A model generated the notes under the pieces. That model made no database searches, was not told the DNA's origin, and saw nothing but the letters and a program-made list of their open reading frames with translations. A program made the translations under genes and the position numbers. A stretch of 64,000 nt of DNA from positions 2,432,001-2,496,000 of the forward strand of contig OZ250150.1 of the NCBI GenBank assembly GCA_965237675.1, read 5' to 3'. Positions 38,140-47,663 of the stretch are shown one piece after another; the stretch's first letter is position 1; every line of letters starts with the position of its first letter. This DNA is from Candidatus Latescibacterota bacterium (lineage in GTDB: Bacteria; Latescibacterota; UBA2968; GCA-2709665).

Positions 38140-38792
38140 TTCCCCTCCTCTCCGAGATAGGAACGTTCGATGCCGAAGATGATGCGCAGGGCCGTGGCGA
38201 TGGCGCCCAGGCTCACGCCCAGGAGGATGCCGCGGCGGGCGGCCAGGTTGGGGGTGGCCATCAGCCATTGGGAGACGGCCGGCAGGTGTTCCGAAATCAA
38301 TGCGCCAATGGGTACCCGGCCCAGCATGACGAGTACGGCGGCAACAAGGAGAACGACGGCCTCGGCCGACCGGGCGCGAAAGGTGCGGTAGGCGGCGGAC
38401 GCGATGAAAAAGGCGAGGAGAGAGAACATGGTGGCCCCGCCGGCCACGTGGATGTGGGTATACATCCAGTTCAGATCCAGACCGTCGCCCTTCGCCATTG
38501 GCTGCAGGGGCCCTTGCCCGTTGTTGTAGACGGCCAGTAGGGTCGTGACGATAAACCCGATGTAAACAACGGCGCTGAAAGCCCACCCGGCCTGTTTGCG
38601 CTTGACGCGGTTCCAGTGCATAAGCAACAGACTGTGGATGCCCAGAAACAGGGCGAAGGCCGCAATGATCCGGACCCAGGTTGAGGTCGTGATTTCAACC
38701 GGCCGCGCGACGGGAATGTAGTAGGTGAATATGCCGATGATGCCGGCTACAAAGGCCACGAGCAGCGGCAGTGTGCGTTGCAGGAAATGCAT
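38136..38792 (-). CDS. Conserved hypothetical integral membrane protein of the glmL-like cluster
   Basis: About 6 TM helices; FFIASAAYRTFRARS.EA, RGILLG..LG.I.TALRII.GIER. Confidence 0.85.
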   Translation of the reverse strand: MHFLQRTLPLLVAFVAGIIGIFTYYIPVARPVEITTSTWVRIIAAFALFLGIHSLLLMHWNRVKRKQAGWAFSAVVYIGFIVTTLLAVYNNGQGPLQPMAKGDGLDLNWMYTHIHVAGGATMFSLLAFFIASAAYRTFRARSAEAVVLLVAAVLVMLGRVPIGALISEHLPAVSQWLMATPNLAARRGILLGVSLGAIATALRIIFGIERSYLGEEGK

Positions 38793-38846
38793 TCGGGTTT
38801 CTCCGTACGAAATGGAGGCTTGAATGTGGGCGAATTGTCGACGACG

Positions 38847-40031
38847 TCAGCTCAGGACCGGCCAGAAGCCGATGCCGGCCAGTATCGAACCGAGCGCCAG
38901 AATAAGGATCAGGACTCCCTTCCCCAGGTCCTGGCCCTTCAGGCTCCCGAGAAGCTTGGGATCTCTGGAGAGATAGGCGCTGGCGGCGTAGAGTTCCTCC
39001 CCCATCAAGGTGTAGTCGCAGGTCGTGATAAAAAACGGAAGCTGCGTGTAGGCATCCGTTGCGGCAATCTGGATGGCGCCGGTCGTGGCGCCGGTTTCCG
39101 CAAGGAGCAGGGATTCGGCATAGAAATAGCCCATAAAAAGATTGGCTGCCGGCTTCTCCCGCACCATCATGCCGTCGAGCGCCGCCGCGTAACTGAATTG
39201 ATCTGCGGCCGCCAGAAAGACATCGTCCGGGTTGAATGCATCCGGACGGCCTGCTTCGATACAGGACTCTTTGACCACTTCCTGGCTCACGGACATGACG
39301 ATCGGATCCCGGTTGCCCACCCTGAGCTGGGTATCGTATTCGGCGGTTCGCCTGGCCACCTGGCCAAGAATATTCACGGCGGCGATGGTGGAAGGGCTGC
39401 CCATATCCTGCAGGCCGTGGATGAAAAACACCGGTTTTCCCATTTCCGTTGCCCGGCCGAGCGCCTCGTCCAGGGCATCCAGACCGGCCAGCCGGCGGAT
39501 GTACAGGGTCTTGTGGCGGGCAATTCGGATATAGACGAGGATCGTGATCGAAAAGAGCGCCGCCAGCACGAAGTTTTCGAATTTGGTCCAATTGAAATAG
39601 TTGCCGTGCGCCCGGGCGCGGACATCCGTATGTCCCGCGCCCGGGATTTCGACGCGTATGATGTACGGCGTGTTGTTCTCGAGCCGGATCCTGTCCTGTC
39701 TGTCCGGAACGCGGTAGGATTCAACATGGGCGAAATGGCGGTTGCGGTTCTCCTCGCTCCGTCCGAATGTAGCCGGTTCGTCGGACGTCAGGGGAGCGGT
39801 TTTCGCATCCAGTTCCGCGACGTCATAAAAGGGAGCGGTCTCCGATTCGGCGACGGAGATGCGATATCGTGCGTTGTCCGGTAGCATATCGGGCCGGCGC
39901 CAGGTGAGCGTGATGCTGTGTCCCTGGTCGTTGGGCGTATCGAAAGCGAGGACGTCGGCGGGTACCGGATCCGCGGCGAAGGCGGGCGCGGCAGCGATGA
40001 ACAGAGCAAGAAAGAGCACTAAATGCGCCAT
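38847..40031 (-). CDS. Fibronectin-III-like plus DUF6754 domain protein
   Basis: Signal peptide, DTPNDQG.SI.L.W (FnIII-like), TM, IRRLAGL.ALDEA.GRATEMGKP, LPFFITTCDYTL.GEELYAASAYLS. Confidence 0.82.
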   Translation of the reverse strand: MAHLVLFLALFIAAAPAFAADPVPADVLAFDTPNDQGHSITLTWRRPDMLPDNARYRISVAESETAPFYDVAELDAKTAPLTSDEPATFGRSEENRNRHFAHVESYRVPDRQDRIRLENNTPYIIRVEIPGAGHTDVRARAHGNYFNWTKFENFVLAALFSITILVYIRIARHKTLYIRRLAGLDALDEALGRATEMGKPVFFIHGLQDMGSPSTIAAVNILGQVARRTAEYDTQLRVGNRDPIVMSVSQEVVKESCIEAGRPDAFNPDDVFLAAADQFSYAAALDGMMVREKPAANLFMGYFYAESLLLAETGATTGAIQIAATDAYTQLPFFITTCDYTLMGEELYAASAYLSRDPKLLGSLKGQDLGKGVLILILALGSILAGIGFWPVLS

Positions 40032-40088
40032 TGCGGGTCTCCTGGCGGTCTTATACGGGCGCGCCGGCGGTCGGGCTCCGGACACACG

Positions 40089-41210
40089 TTACGCTTCGAT
40101 CCTTTCGGCGTTCGCGCGGGGTATCACGGCCTGTTGTCCATTCTCGAACCGAACTTTCAGGACGCGGACCCGGATTTCCGATTCGACGGCCGCCAGTTCG
40201 GAAGGCAGGGCGGTGACCACACCGGTTTTTCCGAAATAGGGCGCCCGGATCGTACGGATCGGATCTCCAATGGAGAGGCCTTCCCGGTCGGCGGATTCCC
40301 TGGCGGCGGTCGGACCTCCGAGGCTTGGAACGATGATTTCCGGACGAAGAACGCCGGCCCGGATCTGGGTTGCGCCCGAGATCGAAGCTTCGTCGCCGTT
40401 CCTTTCGTTCAGGATGTCAAAGGTCTTCCGGGCCATGGCGATGTCGCCGAAACCCTCTGTGACCACGACGGTGAGGCCGATTTCCTCGGTGCCGGTGATG
40501 GCCACGCCGAGGTCGTAGCCGAGCAGGTTCCGCAGATCGTGGTCGCGAATGCCTCCGCCGATAAGGCCCGCCGCCCCGATTTCCCGCGCTTTCCGAATGA
40601 GCTCGAGGGTGACGAGGCCGCCGGCGATGAGAATTTTTCCGGCGCACGCGGCGTCGATCCGTTCTTCCGAGAGGCGCTCGTCGGGGGTTGCGGCAAGCAC
40701 GTGGATCGCGCCCCAGCGCTCGCCGCCGATGCCGAAAATGCCCTGCAGAAAGGCGCCAACGGTTTCGATAACGACCCCTTCGCCGGGAATGGTTTCAACA
40801 ACGGCGCCGTCCACGTAGGCCATGACCTGCACGGGACGGGGCGGGCCCCGCAGGATGACCTGCCCGGTGACGGGCGATACGCTCTCCACGGTGCCGGAGA
40901 TGGGCGACGCCACCGTGGTTCTGAACCACTTGATAAACGGCCGGGTCTCGGCAAGGGGTTCCCCGGCCTCGACAGGCTCTCCCTCCTTCCTGAGCATGAA
41001 GGTCGGGAGTTCGTCGGGGGTGACCCCCAGCCTGTTTACCAGGTTCAGGGTGGTCACGTCGCCGGGCAGATCGGTCCGGGCCACGACCTGGTCGCGCTGT
41101 ACCGATTCGCCTGCTGAAGCCAGCACCTCACCGGTGAGTGGGAGCTGGCGTCTTTTCCGAATGGTCGCCCTGCGGGTGACGCGCAGGCCGGGGGTGTATG
41201 TATGCGCCAT
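40089..41210 (-). CDS. Conserved hypothetical protein with barrel-sandwich hybrid motifs and a C-terminal KOW/SH3-like domain (373 aa)
   Basis: Start MAHTYTPGL; GE.V..GE.LA...SPISGTV; QGIFGIGGE; TEGFG; TQIRAGV.RPE; IGD.IR.IR.PYFG..G.V. Confidence 0.85.
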   Translation of the reverse strand: MAHTYTPGLRVTRRATIRKRRQLPLTGEVLASAGESVQRDQVVARTDLPGDVTTLNLVNRLGVTPDELPTFMLRKEGEPVEAGEPLAETRPFIKWFRTTVASPISGTVESVSPVTGQVILRGPPRPVQVMAYVDGAVVETIPGEGVVIETVGAFLQGIFGIGGERWGAIHVLAATPDERLSEERIDAACAGKILIAGGLVTLELIRKAREIGAAGLIGGGIRDHDLRNLLGYDLGVAITGTEEIGLTVVVTEGFGDIAMARKTFDILNERNGDEASISGATQIRAGVLRPEIIVPSLGGPTAARESADREGLSIGDPIRTIRAPYFGKTGVVTALPSELAAVESEIRVRVLKVRFENGQQAVIPRANAERIEA

Positions 41211-41284
41211 GGGTTCAGGGTTTCGCGGGTGGCATGCCGTCTCGTTGTCCCGCCAGCTCCGACAATTGGCGGGTGGCTCTCTTC

Positions 41285-42355
41285 TCAGACCTTCATCTTC
41301 GGATCCAGGGCGTCTCGAAGGCCATCGCCAAGCAGGTTGTAAAGGGTTACAGTGATAAAGATGGCGAAACCGGGTACGATGACCAGCCACCAGGCCGCGA
41401 AATTGCTCCGTGCGCCGGCAAGGATCGCGCCCCAAGTGATGGCCTCCGCGGGTACGCCGATGCCGAGAAAACTGAGGCCGGATTCCGCCAGAATGGCGCC
41501 CGCCACCCCGAAGGCCGCCGGGATCAGCACTGGCGCAATGGCGTTGGGCAAAATGTGGATGAACATGATCCGGCCGCTGGAATAACCCAGACTCTTGGCC
41601 GCCGAAACAAAGTCGTAGCTTCTCACCTGCAGGAATTGCGACCGCGTGAGCCGGGCGATGCCGACCCAACCTGTGAAGCCGAGAATGATCATCACGAAGA
41701 AGAGGCTGGGCGGGAAAAAAGCGGCTACCGTGATGATAAGAAAGAGGGCGGGGATGGCGGCCCAGAGTTCGAACAGACGGGAGAGAATCAGATCGGTCCA
41801 GCCCCCGAAATAGCCAGCCAGCGCGCCCAGGGAGACGCCGATGATCATCGAGATCGCTACCGAGACCAGGCCGATGGTCAGCGCGTATCGGGATCCGTGA
41901 ATCAATCCGGAAAGTACGTCGCGGCCCAGCCGATCCGTACCCAGAAAATGCGTCGTGCCGGGCGGCTGGTACTTTTCGCCGAGATTGACGTCGCTGGGAC
42001 CATAGGGGACGGGCGGAAAAATGGCGTATTCGGACCTGAGGCGTTTGAAGTTTCTTTTTCTCCTGAGTGGCGCCGGCCAATCGGCCAGTCCGAGATAGAC
42101 GGCGTACTGGCGAAAGGCCGGGAAATAAGTCTTTCCCCGGTATTTCATATAGTAGGGTTTGTTGCCCGCGAGGCAATCCGCGAACACCGCCGTCAGCGCG
42201 AGAACGCAGATCGCCGCCAGGCTGAAGAGGGCCGGGCGATTTTTTTTGAACTGCCGCCAGACCAGCTTCGAATAGGTCTGGCTCTCCTGGACAGCGTCGG
42301 GTTCGGGCGTTCCAGGGTCCGCTTCGGGGTGATCGCGCGTGGGACCGTCGGCCAT
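41285..42355 (-). CDS. oppC: Peptide ABC transporter permease (OppC/DppC)
   Basis: VWRQFKKNR, LGTDRLGRD, EAA-like FVSAAKSLG, HILPN, GDGLRDALDP. Confidence 0.93.
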   Translation of the reverse strand: MADGPTRDHPEADPGTPEPDAVQESQTYSKLVWRQFKKNRPALFSLAAICVLALTAVFADCLAGNKPYYMKYRGKTYFPAFRQYAVYLGLADWPAPLRRKRNFKRLRSEYAIFPPVPYGPSDVNLGEKYQPPGTTHFLGTDRLGRDVLSGLIHGSRYALTIGLVSVAISMIIGVSLGALAGYFGGWTDLILSRLFELWAAIPALFLIITVAAFFPPSLFFVMIILGFTGWVGIARLTRSQFLQVRSYDFVSAAKSLGYSSGRIMFIHILPNAIAPVLIPAAFGVAGAILAESGLSFLGIGVPAEAITWGAILAGARSNFAAWWLVIVPGFAIFITVTLYNLLGDGLRDALDPKMKV

Positions 42356-42359
42356 AGAT

Positions 42360-43661
42360 TTATCCCTGCGAACGAGAAAACTCGATGCGCGGATCCACGA
42401 CTTTCAGGAGGATGTCCGCAAGCAGAATGCCCAGCAACGAGAGGACCGAACCGATGGTCAGAATGGCCATTACCATGGGATAGTCTCGGACGAGCACGGA
42501 TTGAACGCCCAGAAAGCCCAGACCCGGAATGGTGAAGATGGTCTCGATGAAGACCGAGCCGGCAATGATGGCCGGAAGCAGATTCGCCAGGATGGTCACG
42601 ATGGGGATCAGGGAGTTGCGAAAGACGTGCCTGAGAATCACGATCTTCTCAGGCAGGCCCTTCGCCCGGGCGGTGCGCACGTAGTCCAGCCTGAGATTTT
42701 CCAGCATGCTGGTTCGCATGAAACGGGAGAGGCCCGCGAAGCTGGCATAGCTGGAGGCCAGTACCGGCATGGCCATGTGATGGGCGTGGTCGGTTAACAG
42801 CCGCCAGAAGCCCCAGTCGGAGGAGGCGTCCAGGGATTGGATGCCCGAGGCCGGAAACCAGTAGAGGAATTCCCTGTTGCAGAAAAACACGATGAGCAGC
42901 ATGCCAACCCAGAACGAAGGCATGGACCACAGGATGAAGGTTCCGGTGGTAAGTGTGCGATCGGTCCGCGTGTCCTGTTTGACAGCCAGCCAGATACCGA
43001 GCGGGAGTCCGATGAGATAGGCGATGATCAGGCTGATGATGTTGATTTCAATGGTGATGGGAACCCGGGCCAGGATATGTGAGATAACCGGTTGCTGATC
43101 TTTGAAAGAACGACCGAAATTGAGCGTGACAAAGCGCCGGTCGAAGAGATGGAAGAGCAGCAGGCCGGCGCCGGTATACTCGTAGTTGTTCTCGAGCTTG
43201 ACGGTTTTGCTCTCCCAGAAAGACGAAAGGACGAGCATCTGCGCCTCGTCCGGGTGATATTTCTCGAAACTGCGAAGGAACCGCGCTTTCCGCGCCTCGT
43301 TTTCCAGTGCGGCCAACGCACTTCGTTCCTCCGGGCCCAGTTCCGCGAGAAAGAAGTCGACTCGCCTGCCCGTGCGTTCGTAGTTGTTCAGTGGCTCCAC
43401 GTGAAGAACCAGGCTCGATAACCAGTTCAGGTACTGGATGTGCAGCGGCCTGTCCAGGCCGAGTTGGTGGCGCAGTTCCTGCCGCGTTTTTTCGAAATCG
43501 GACTTCCGGTCCGTCGAGATGCCCTCCTCTCCCGCCATGCCTCCGAGAAAAAAGTCCACCGGGTCTCCCGGCGCGAGGTGCATAACAAGGAAAGAGATGA
43601 GGGTGATGCCGATCATCGTCGGGATCATCAGCAGGCTGCGCTGCACCATATATCGAATCAT
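42360..43661 (-). CDS. oppB: Peptide ABC transporter permease (OppB/DppB) with an enlarged periplasmic loop
   Basis: LAPGDP, GLDRP...QY..WL, DYVRTARAKGL, RH..RNSLIP, RDYP, DPRI. Confidence 0.93.
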   Translation of the reverse strand: MIRYMVQRSLLMIPTMIGITLISFLVMHLAPGDPVDFFLGGMAGEEGISTDRKSDFEKTRQELRHQLGLDRPLHIQYLNWLSSLVLHVEPLNNYERTGRRVDFFLAELGPEERSALAALENEARKARFLRSFEKYHPDEAQMLVLSSFWESKTVKLENNYEYTGAGLLLFHLFDRRFVTLNFGRSFKDQQPVISHILARVPITIEINIISLIIAYLIGLPLGIWLAVKQDTRTDRTLTTGTFILWSMPSFWVGMLLIVFFCNREFLYWFPASGIQSLDASSDWGFWRLLTDHAHHMAMPVLASSYASFAGLSRFMRTSMLENLRLDYVRTARAKGLPEKIVILRHVFRNSLIPIVTILANLLPAIIAGSVFIETIFTIPGLGFLGVQSVLVRDYPMVMAILTIGSVLSLLGILLADILLKVVDPRIEFSRSQG

Positions 43662-43740
43662 GTCGTTTCAGACCTCACCGTCCGGACGTCGGTGCATCGG
43701 GAATCGAGAAAAGATGCGGTTCTACCCGGCGGCCCCCGGG

Positions 43741-45582
43741 TTATTGATACAGCCGGTTGCCCGCGCCCACCCACCATTCCTGGGTGTCCGCGCCAATGGC
43801 ATACCAGCTGTCGCCTGTGAAACGCCTGCTGTAGGATATGGCGTTGCGGGACTTCCAGAGGAACGTATAGGGTTGTTCGTCGTACAGGATTTCCTGAAAT
43901 CGCCTGTACAGTTGAATGCGTCTATCCACATCGAATTCCTTGCGGTAGGCTTCCAGGATGCCGTCGACTTCGTCGTTCTTGAAACCGATGTAATTCGAAC
44001 CCTGGCCCTCTGCCTGCGAGGAGTGCCAGATCTGGTAGGAATCCGGCGGCAGGTGCAGGCTGCCGGTCCACCCCAGGGTACAGGCGGCGAAATCCTTTTT
44101 GCGAACGACCCGGTCCAGAAATATGGTCCAATCGAGTTCGCGCACGTCGCAGACGATTCCGATGTCCTGAAGTTCATACTGCAGAGCCAGGGCGATGTCT
44201 TTCCGAAGCTGGTTGCCGGAATTGACCAGGAATTCAAATTTGAAGGGTCTTTTCTCGCCGTCGATGGTCTTATCCAGGACGCCGTCGTTGTCGGTATCGG
44301 CCCAGCCGGCCTCCTCCAGCACGGCGAGCGCTCTGTCGGGGTCGTAGGCGTGGGGTTCGAGGCTGTGGTTGTATTCGGGCCGGAATTTGTGAATGGGCCC
44401 CTCAACGGTTTCCGCCAGGCCGAACATGAGGTTCAGTACCATGCTTTCTCGGTCGGTGAGGTACGTCATGGCTTTGCGTACGCGCTTGTCGCGAAAGATG
44501 GGGTGCGCGTTGTTCCAGCCGATGTACACGTACCCCGAAGAATAAACCACGCTCTTTTTAAATCGGTCTATAAAGTCCGGAGACCAGCTCTTGTCTTTGA
44601 ATTGCAGGGGACTGAGCCCGAAGTAGTCGATGTTCCCGTTCGTGAGTTCGATAAACGCGGCCTCCTGGTCGTTCACGATCTTGAAGACGATTTTCTCCAC
44701 GTATCCCTTGTGCATCAGATCAGCGCGGTCCCTTCCCCAGTAGTTGGGGTTGCGGGTCAGTATAACCTTCTGCCCCGTGACCACGTCGTCTTCCCAGGTT
44801 TCCACGAGATAGGGCCCGGAGCCCAGCATGCTTCGGTGGTATCCGGTGTTGAATTTCTCGGCAAACTGCTGCACACGCTCGGCGTGCGGGCCGCTTTCCC
44901 AGGAGCCGTCGATCAGGCTTTGTATGTCGACAGGGTCCAGCAGGCCGTCGGGGTCGTAGAAGTGTCTGGGAAGAATCTGCATGCTGCCCAGGGAGATGTT
45001 GTTCCGGAAGTAGGGTTCCCGGCAGACGAAGCTGATTCTGTATTTGCCCTCCCGCTCGACGTCGCTGATGACCGCGTAATAATTGCGGAGCGAGGCGGCC
45101 AGAACTTTCGGGTTCTTGATGACCTTGATGCTGAAGAGGACGTCGTCCGCCGAAAGCGGCTTGCCGTCGGCGAAATGGACGTCCTCCCTCAGGTCGAAGG
45201 TGTAGGTGAGCTTGTCTTCGGATACCGTGGGAGGCCCTTTTGCAACCAACCCTCTGAGTTTATAGGGTAATTTGTTCTCGATGTCGAGGAGCGATTCGAA
45301 GACGTACTGATGAACCGCGGAGGCGCCGGAGTCGTTCGAGACGTAGGGGTTGAAATTCTCCGGATCCGACAGGAAATGGCGAACCATCCAGTCGCCGAAT
45401 TCCGGTTCGGCGTCGCCGGCGTACATGGCGGGCACTCTTTCCGTTCCCTCCAGAACGATCGCTGCGTCTTCCCGTGTTTCCATCAGCGTGCGCTGAACCT
45501 TCTGCCAGGGGTTTTCCCCCTTGCATGCGACCGGGAGGAAGTACAACAACCCGAGGATTGCCAATCCGCGCCCATTAGCCAT
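43741..45582 (-). CDS. oppA: Peptide ABC transporter substrate-binding lipoprotein (family 5)
   Basis: AAGGAGG RBS before ATG 45582; lipobox LPVAC; YTF.LREDVHF.DG.P.SA.DV, GSGPY, DKRVRKA. Confidence 0.9.
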   Translation of the reverse strand: MANGRGLAILGLLYFLPVACKGENPWQKVQRTLMETREDAAIVLEGTERVPAMYAGDAEPEFGDWMVRHFLSDPENFNPYVSNDSGASAVHQYVFESLLDIENKLPYKLRGLVAKGPPTVSEDKLTYTFDLREDVHFADGKPLSADDVLFSIKVIKNPKVLAASLRNYYAVISDVEREGKYRISFVCREPYFRNNISLGSMQILPRHFYDPDGLLDPVDIQSLIDGSWESGPHAERVQQFAEKFNTGYHRSMLGSGPYLVETWEDDVVTGQKVILTRNPNYWGRDRADLMHKGYVEKIVFKIVNDQEAAFIELTNGNIDYFGLSPLQFKDKSWSPDFIDRFKKSVVYSSGYVYIGWNNAHPIFRDKRVRKAMTYLTDRESMVLNLMFGLAETVEGPIHKFRPEYNHSLEPHAYDPDRALAVLEEAGWADTDNDGVLDKTIDGEKRPFKFEFLVNSGNQLRKDIALALQYELQDIGIVCDVRELDWTIFLDRVVRKKDFAACTLGWTGSLHLPPDSYQIWHSSQAEGQGSNYIGFKNDEVDGILEAYRKEFDVDRRIQLYRRFQEILYDEQPYTFLWKSRNAISYSRRFTGDSWYAIGADTQEWWVGAGNRLYQ

Positions 45583-45606
45583 CGTTTGCCTCCTTGTGAT
45601 GCCTAA

Positions 45607-45878
45607 CAGCCCGTTGAAAAAGTCCATCCGGTCTGCGGCCGGCTCTTGTGGCCGAATTACTGCGTTGCGCTCCCTCCCCGAATCCCCCGATTCGGCTCGG
45701 TCATGCGCCTTGTCTTCGGTCACAATGGCAAGTGTTCTGTCCCGGAAATAGATTGCCGAAATTCGGCCGCCGAGCGATGGAAACGCAGCGAGACGGGATG
45801 AATCGGCGGATGAATGGTGACATATTTCTGGGACGGGACACTATACCTCGCCTGCAGAGCAACTTTTTCAACGGACTG
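45607..45878. mobile_element. MITE (272 bp) with a CTAA target duplication, IS5/IS1182-like ends
   Basis: Terminal repeats CAGCCCGTTGAAAAAGT and ACTTTTTCAACGGACTG; CTAA at 45603-45606 and 45879-45882. Confidence 0.85.
45731..45842. mobile_element. Nested 112-bp miniature element inside the 45607 MITE
   Basis: Inverted ends AGTGTTCTGTCCCGGAAATA and reverse complement AGTGTCCCGTCCCAGAAATA (17/20); the right half recurs at 61447-61507. Confidence 0.75.
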
Positions 45879-47663
45879 CTAATGATGAGGATAAAGGCCC
45901 AATGCCCTGTTCCAGCCGGCAATCCGCCCGGCTCGATCCGCGTCCGAAAATGGAATCGGCCGGCCACGTCCGTCCAGAATCAGGCCGGCCACGCCGCCCT
46001 TCACGGCCTGGCGAATTGTCTGGCCCGGACCCGCCCCGCCATCCCAGCCCGACTCGGGATGCAGGGTGACCGCGGCCTCGTGGCCGGGGGCCACGTGGAA
46101 CATGCGCAACGCCCCGACTTTCAGTTCGCCGGACTCTGTGCGGTCGGAAAGGTCAATTTCGTACGCCGCGCAGACTTCGCCCGGCTTTCCCTGGCCGGCG
46201 GGGGCAACGCAGGTTCCCAGATCGACCAGGCAGTCCCGTTCAAATACCTCTGCGGCCGCCTGTTCATTGACGCTTGTGAGGACGCCCAGGTGGGGCATCA
46301 TGAAGATGCTGTCAACGGCCAGTCGGGTAAATCCCCGGGGCTGGAAGGCGTCGATGAGCATAGCCGCCGACTGCGCGCGGCGGGGCGCGTGAGAAAGAAC
46401 ACCGCCGCTGCCCACCAGGAGATCCAGGTCCGGCATGTGAATCAGACTCTCGCCAGCGCCGGTTTGGTCGAACGCGTCGGAGAGGGTGCGTTCCGTCTGC
46501 ACGCCCTTGAGGCCAACGGCCAGGGCGCGGTGCTGTTCGAACGCCAGGCGCAATGCCTCGCGGGCGATGGCCTGCTCGAGTTGTAATTCCTCGAGCGTCT
46601 GGGGCACGGTCGTCGGACGGATCATCTTGTTCTTGACCCGGTCCCGGAGGTCGGCTTCTTCGATTTCGAACGGCACCCAGCGCATCACCTTCGCCAGGCC
46701 GGCCTCGGCCAGCACGTTGGAGATACTGTATGACATGCCCAGGTTGGCGCTTACGGTACGGTTGAATCGATCGCCGAAGACACTGAAAACATCGGTGGTC
46801 GCTCCACCAATGTCCACGCCAATGACGTTGATGTTCCGGCGCCGTGCCACGGCCTGAATGAGCAGGCCGACCGCGCCCGGAGTGGGCATGATGGGCGCGC
46901 CCGTCCATTCCATCAGTTTGCGGTACCCGGGCGCCTGCGCCATCACGTGTTCCAGGAAGAGGTCGTGGATAACCTGGCGCGCCGGCCCAAGATTCTCGCG
47001 TTCGAGTTGCGGCCGGATATTGTCCGTGATTTTCAGTGCGGTTTTTTCGCCCAGGACCTGTTGAACGTCCTCCCGGGCGTCTTTGTTTCCGGCATAGATC
47101 ACCGGAAGCCGGAAGCCGGCGCCGAACCTGGGTTTTGGGTCGGCCGCGGCGATGAACTCGGCGAGTTCCACAACGTGGCTCACGGTGCCGCCGTCCGTTC
47201 CGCCGGAAAGGAGCACCATATCGGGCCGTAATTGGCGGATGCGTTCAATTTTCTGGTGGGGTAGGCGGCCGTCGTTGGATGCAAGGACGTCCATGACGAT
47301 GGCCCCCGCGCCAAGGGCCGCTCGCTGGGCGCTTTCGCCTGTCATTGCCTGGACAACGCCGCCTACCATCATCTGGAGGCCGCCTCCGGCGCTGCTGGTC
47401 GACACATAGATGTCAACGCCGCGGCTGCCCTCGGCTGGCGTGATGATGCGTTCCCCGTCCAGGATGGCGCGCCCGGAGAGTTCTTCGATTTCCTGGATGG
47501 CGTTGAGTACGCCCCGGGTGACGTCTTCAAACGGAGCTTCGACCGTAGTGGGCGCCTCGCCGCGACATGTCTGCCGGTAGCACTCCCCTTCTTTCTCTAT
47601 GAGGATGGCCTTGGTGGTGGTGCTGCCGCAGTCTGTGGCGATGATGACGTCCGGTCTATCCAT
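45879..47663 (-). CDS. Glutamate mutase L (GlmL/MutL)-like actin-fold ATPase
   Basis: TDCGSTTTKA, SSAGGGL, AALGAGA, GGTDGG, MPTPGAV, VDIGGATTDVFS. Confidence 0.88.
   Translation of the reverse strand: MDRPDVIIATDCGSTTTKAILIEKEGECYRQTCRGEAPTTVEAPFEDVTRGVLNAIQEIEELSGRAILDGERIITPAEGSRGVDIYVSTSSAGGGLQMMVGGVVQAMTGESAQRAALGAGAIVMDVLASNDGRLPHQKIERIRQLRPDMVLLSGGTDGGTVSHVVELAEFIAAADPKPRFGAGFRLPVIYAGNKDAREDVQQVLGEKTALKITDNIRPQLERENLGPARQVIHDLFLEHVMAQAPGYRKLMEWTGAPIMPTPGAVGLLIQAVARRRNINVIGVDIGGATTDVFSVFGDRFNRTVSANLGMSYSISNVLAEAGLAKVMRWVPFEIEEADLRDRVKNKMIRPTTVPQTLEELQLEQAIAREALRLAFEQHRALAVGLKGVQTERTLSDAFDQTGAGESLIHMPDLDLLVGSGGVLSHAPRRAQSAAMLIDAFQPRGFTRLAVDSIFMMPHLGVLTSVNEQAAAEVFERDCLVDLGTCVAPAGQGKPGEVCAAYEIDLSDRTESGELKVGALRMFHVAPGHEAAVTLHPESGWDGGAGPGQTIRQAVKGGVAGLILDGRGRPIPFSDADRAGRIAGWNRALGLYPHH

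Noticed and set aside
41211-42176. N-terminal 322 aa of the 695-aa ORF as a fusion
   Set aside because: It overlaps oppC in another frame and is Arg/Pro-rich noise; the real start is 41210. The same applies to extensions of ORFs 27343-29382 and 37312-38586.
45583-45723. N-terminal extension of oppA
   Set aside because: It reads out of the MITE; the RBS and lipobox support ATG 45582.
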